NCBI GenBank assembly: GCA_011065125.1 | Contig: JAAKFI010000004.1 | Location: 1 to 58,236, forward strand | Source: Candidatus Anoxychlamydiales bacterium | GTDB taxonomy: Bacteria > Chlamydiota > Chlamydiia > Chlamydiales > SM23-39 | DNA length: 58,236 nt | Direction of reading: 5' to 3' | Shown: one piece after another, positions 58,074 through 58,236 of the stretch | Layout: the number at the start of each line of letters is the position of its first letter | How positions within the stretch are numbered: the first letter of the stretch is position 1 | Made by a program: the position numbers and the translations under genes | The notes under the pieces: model-generated | The model's database searches: none | What the model was told of the DNA's origin: nothing | Seen by the model: only the letters and a program-made list of their open reading frames with translations

Positions 58074-58236
58074 ATGACTCTCAATAAGATACGAACGAAG
58101 TGGGTACCAATTCGTACTTTGTCGCTCATACCTGTTCAGATTAAAATTACTATGGATGAGGATATTCCGCTATACCGAAAAATAGCACCGAAGGTTAGAG
58201 AATTAAAAGTACTTGGAATGACAAATGTTGACATTT
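58074..58236 (+). CDS. Small helix-turn-helix protein (copy 2), truncated by the right edge of the window
   Basis: MTLNKIRTKWVPIRTLSLIPVQIKITMDEDIPLYRKIAPKVRELKVLGMTNVDI aligns residue for residue with copy 1. By eye the two copies are roughly two-thirds identical at DNA level. Confidence 0.5.
   Translation, partial: MTLNKIRTKWVPIRTLSLIPVQIKITMDEDIPLYRKIAPKVRELKVLGMTNVDI

Noticed and set aside
57265-58236. Interpreting the duplicated HTH genes as an IS element or transposon
   Set aside because: No transposase-sized ORF, terminal inverted repeats or target-site duplications are visible in the window. I kept it as an open finding rather than calling a mobile element.
1-58236. Search for tRNA, rRNA, tmRNA, RNase P RNA, CRISPR arrays, prophage or conjugation genes
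   Set aside because: The only GC-rich non-coding island with conserved RNA motifs is the SRP RNA at 34924-35018. I saw no cloverleaf-like sequences, spaced direct repeats, or integrase, capsid or tra genes.

Overview
This is a 58.2 kb chromosomal segment from a very AT-rich bacterium (G+C judged by eye only, not computed). I assign it to the Chlamydiota, probably an environmental or 'chlamydia-like' endosymbiont. The assignment rests on several points. The gene blocks kdsB-pyrG-ruvX and yidC-dnaA, and the tandem tlyC/CorC-type CBS transporter genes, are arranged as I recall them in Chlamydia. There is a PPi-dependent phosphofructokinase, a long-form IspG, a PP2C phosphatase, SpoIID and OppA. 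One class I type III secretion chaperone closely resembles, from memory, C. trachomatis Slc1/CT043. About two thirds of the window is housekeeping: mutM 3' end, ispG, pfp, kdsB, pyrG, ruvX, mscS, menA, yidC, dnaA, a cysteine desulfurase (NifS/IscS family), dcd, ruvB, SRP RNA, ferritin, an FKBP isomerase and an RRM protein. Effector-like accessory genes are interspersed among these. (1) Two diverged eukaryotic-type USP (C19) deubiquitinases, each behind an Inc-like bilobed hydrophobic anchor, lie about 7 kb from a multi-pass membrane protein with a C-terminal RING-like finger. (2) A co-directional, tightly packed gene run contains a DOT1-like SAM methyltransferase, a NAPE-PLD-like metallo-beta-lactamase and an aldo-keto reductase, and a class-3-lipase-like protein lies nearby. 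(3) My top candidate for an undescribed system is an island at 45.3-51.1 kb. It holds three overlapping, signal-anchored paralogs with protein-kinase-like motifs, next to an MGDG-synthase/MurG-like glycosyltransferase, a membrane-anchored EEP phosphodiesterase and an orphan ORF. (4) A phosphoribosyltransferase / dienelactone-hydrolase pair is split by an internally repeated orphan. (5) At the right edge, a duplicated small HTH gene flanks an orphan 132-aa ORF. I saw no rRNA, tRNA, CRISPR array, prophage or recognisable IS element. All family assignments come from motif reading by eye and need HMM or BLAST confirmation.
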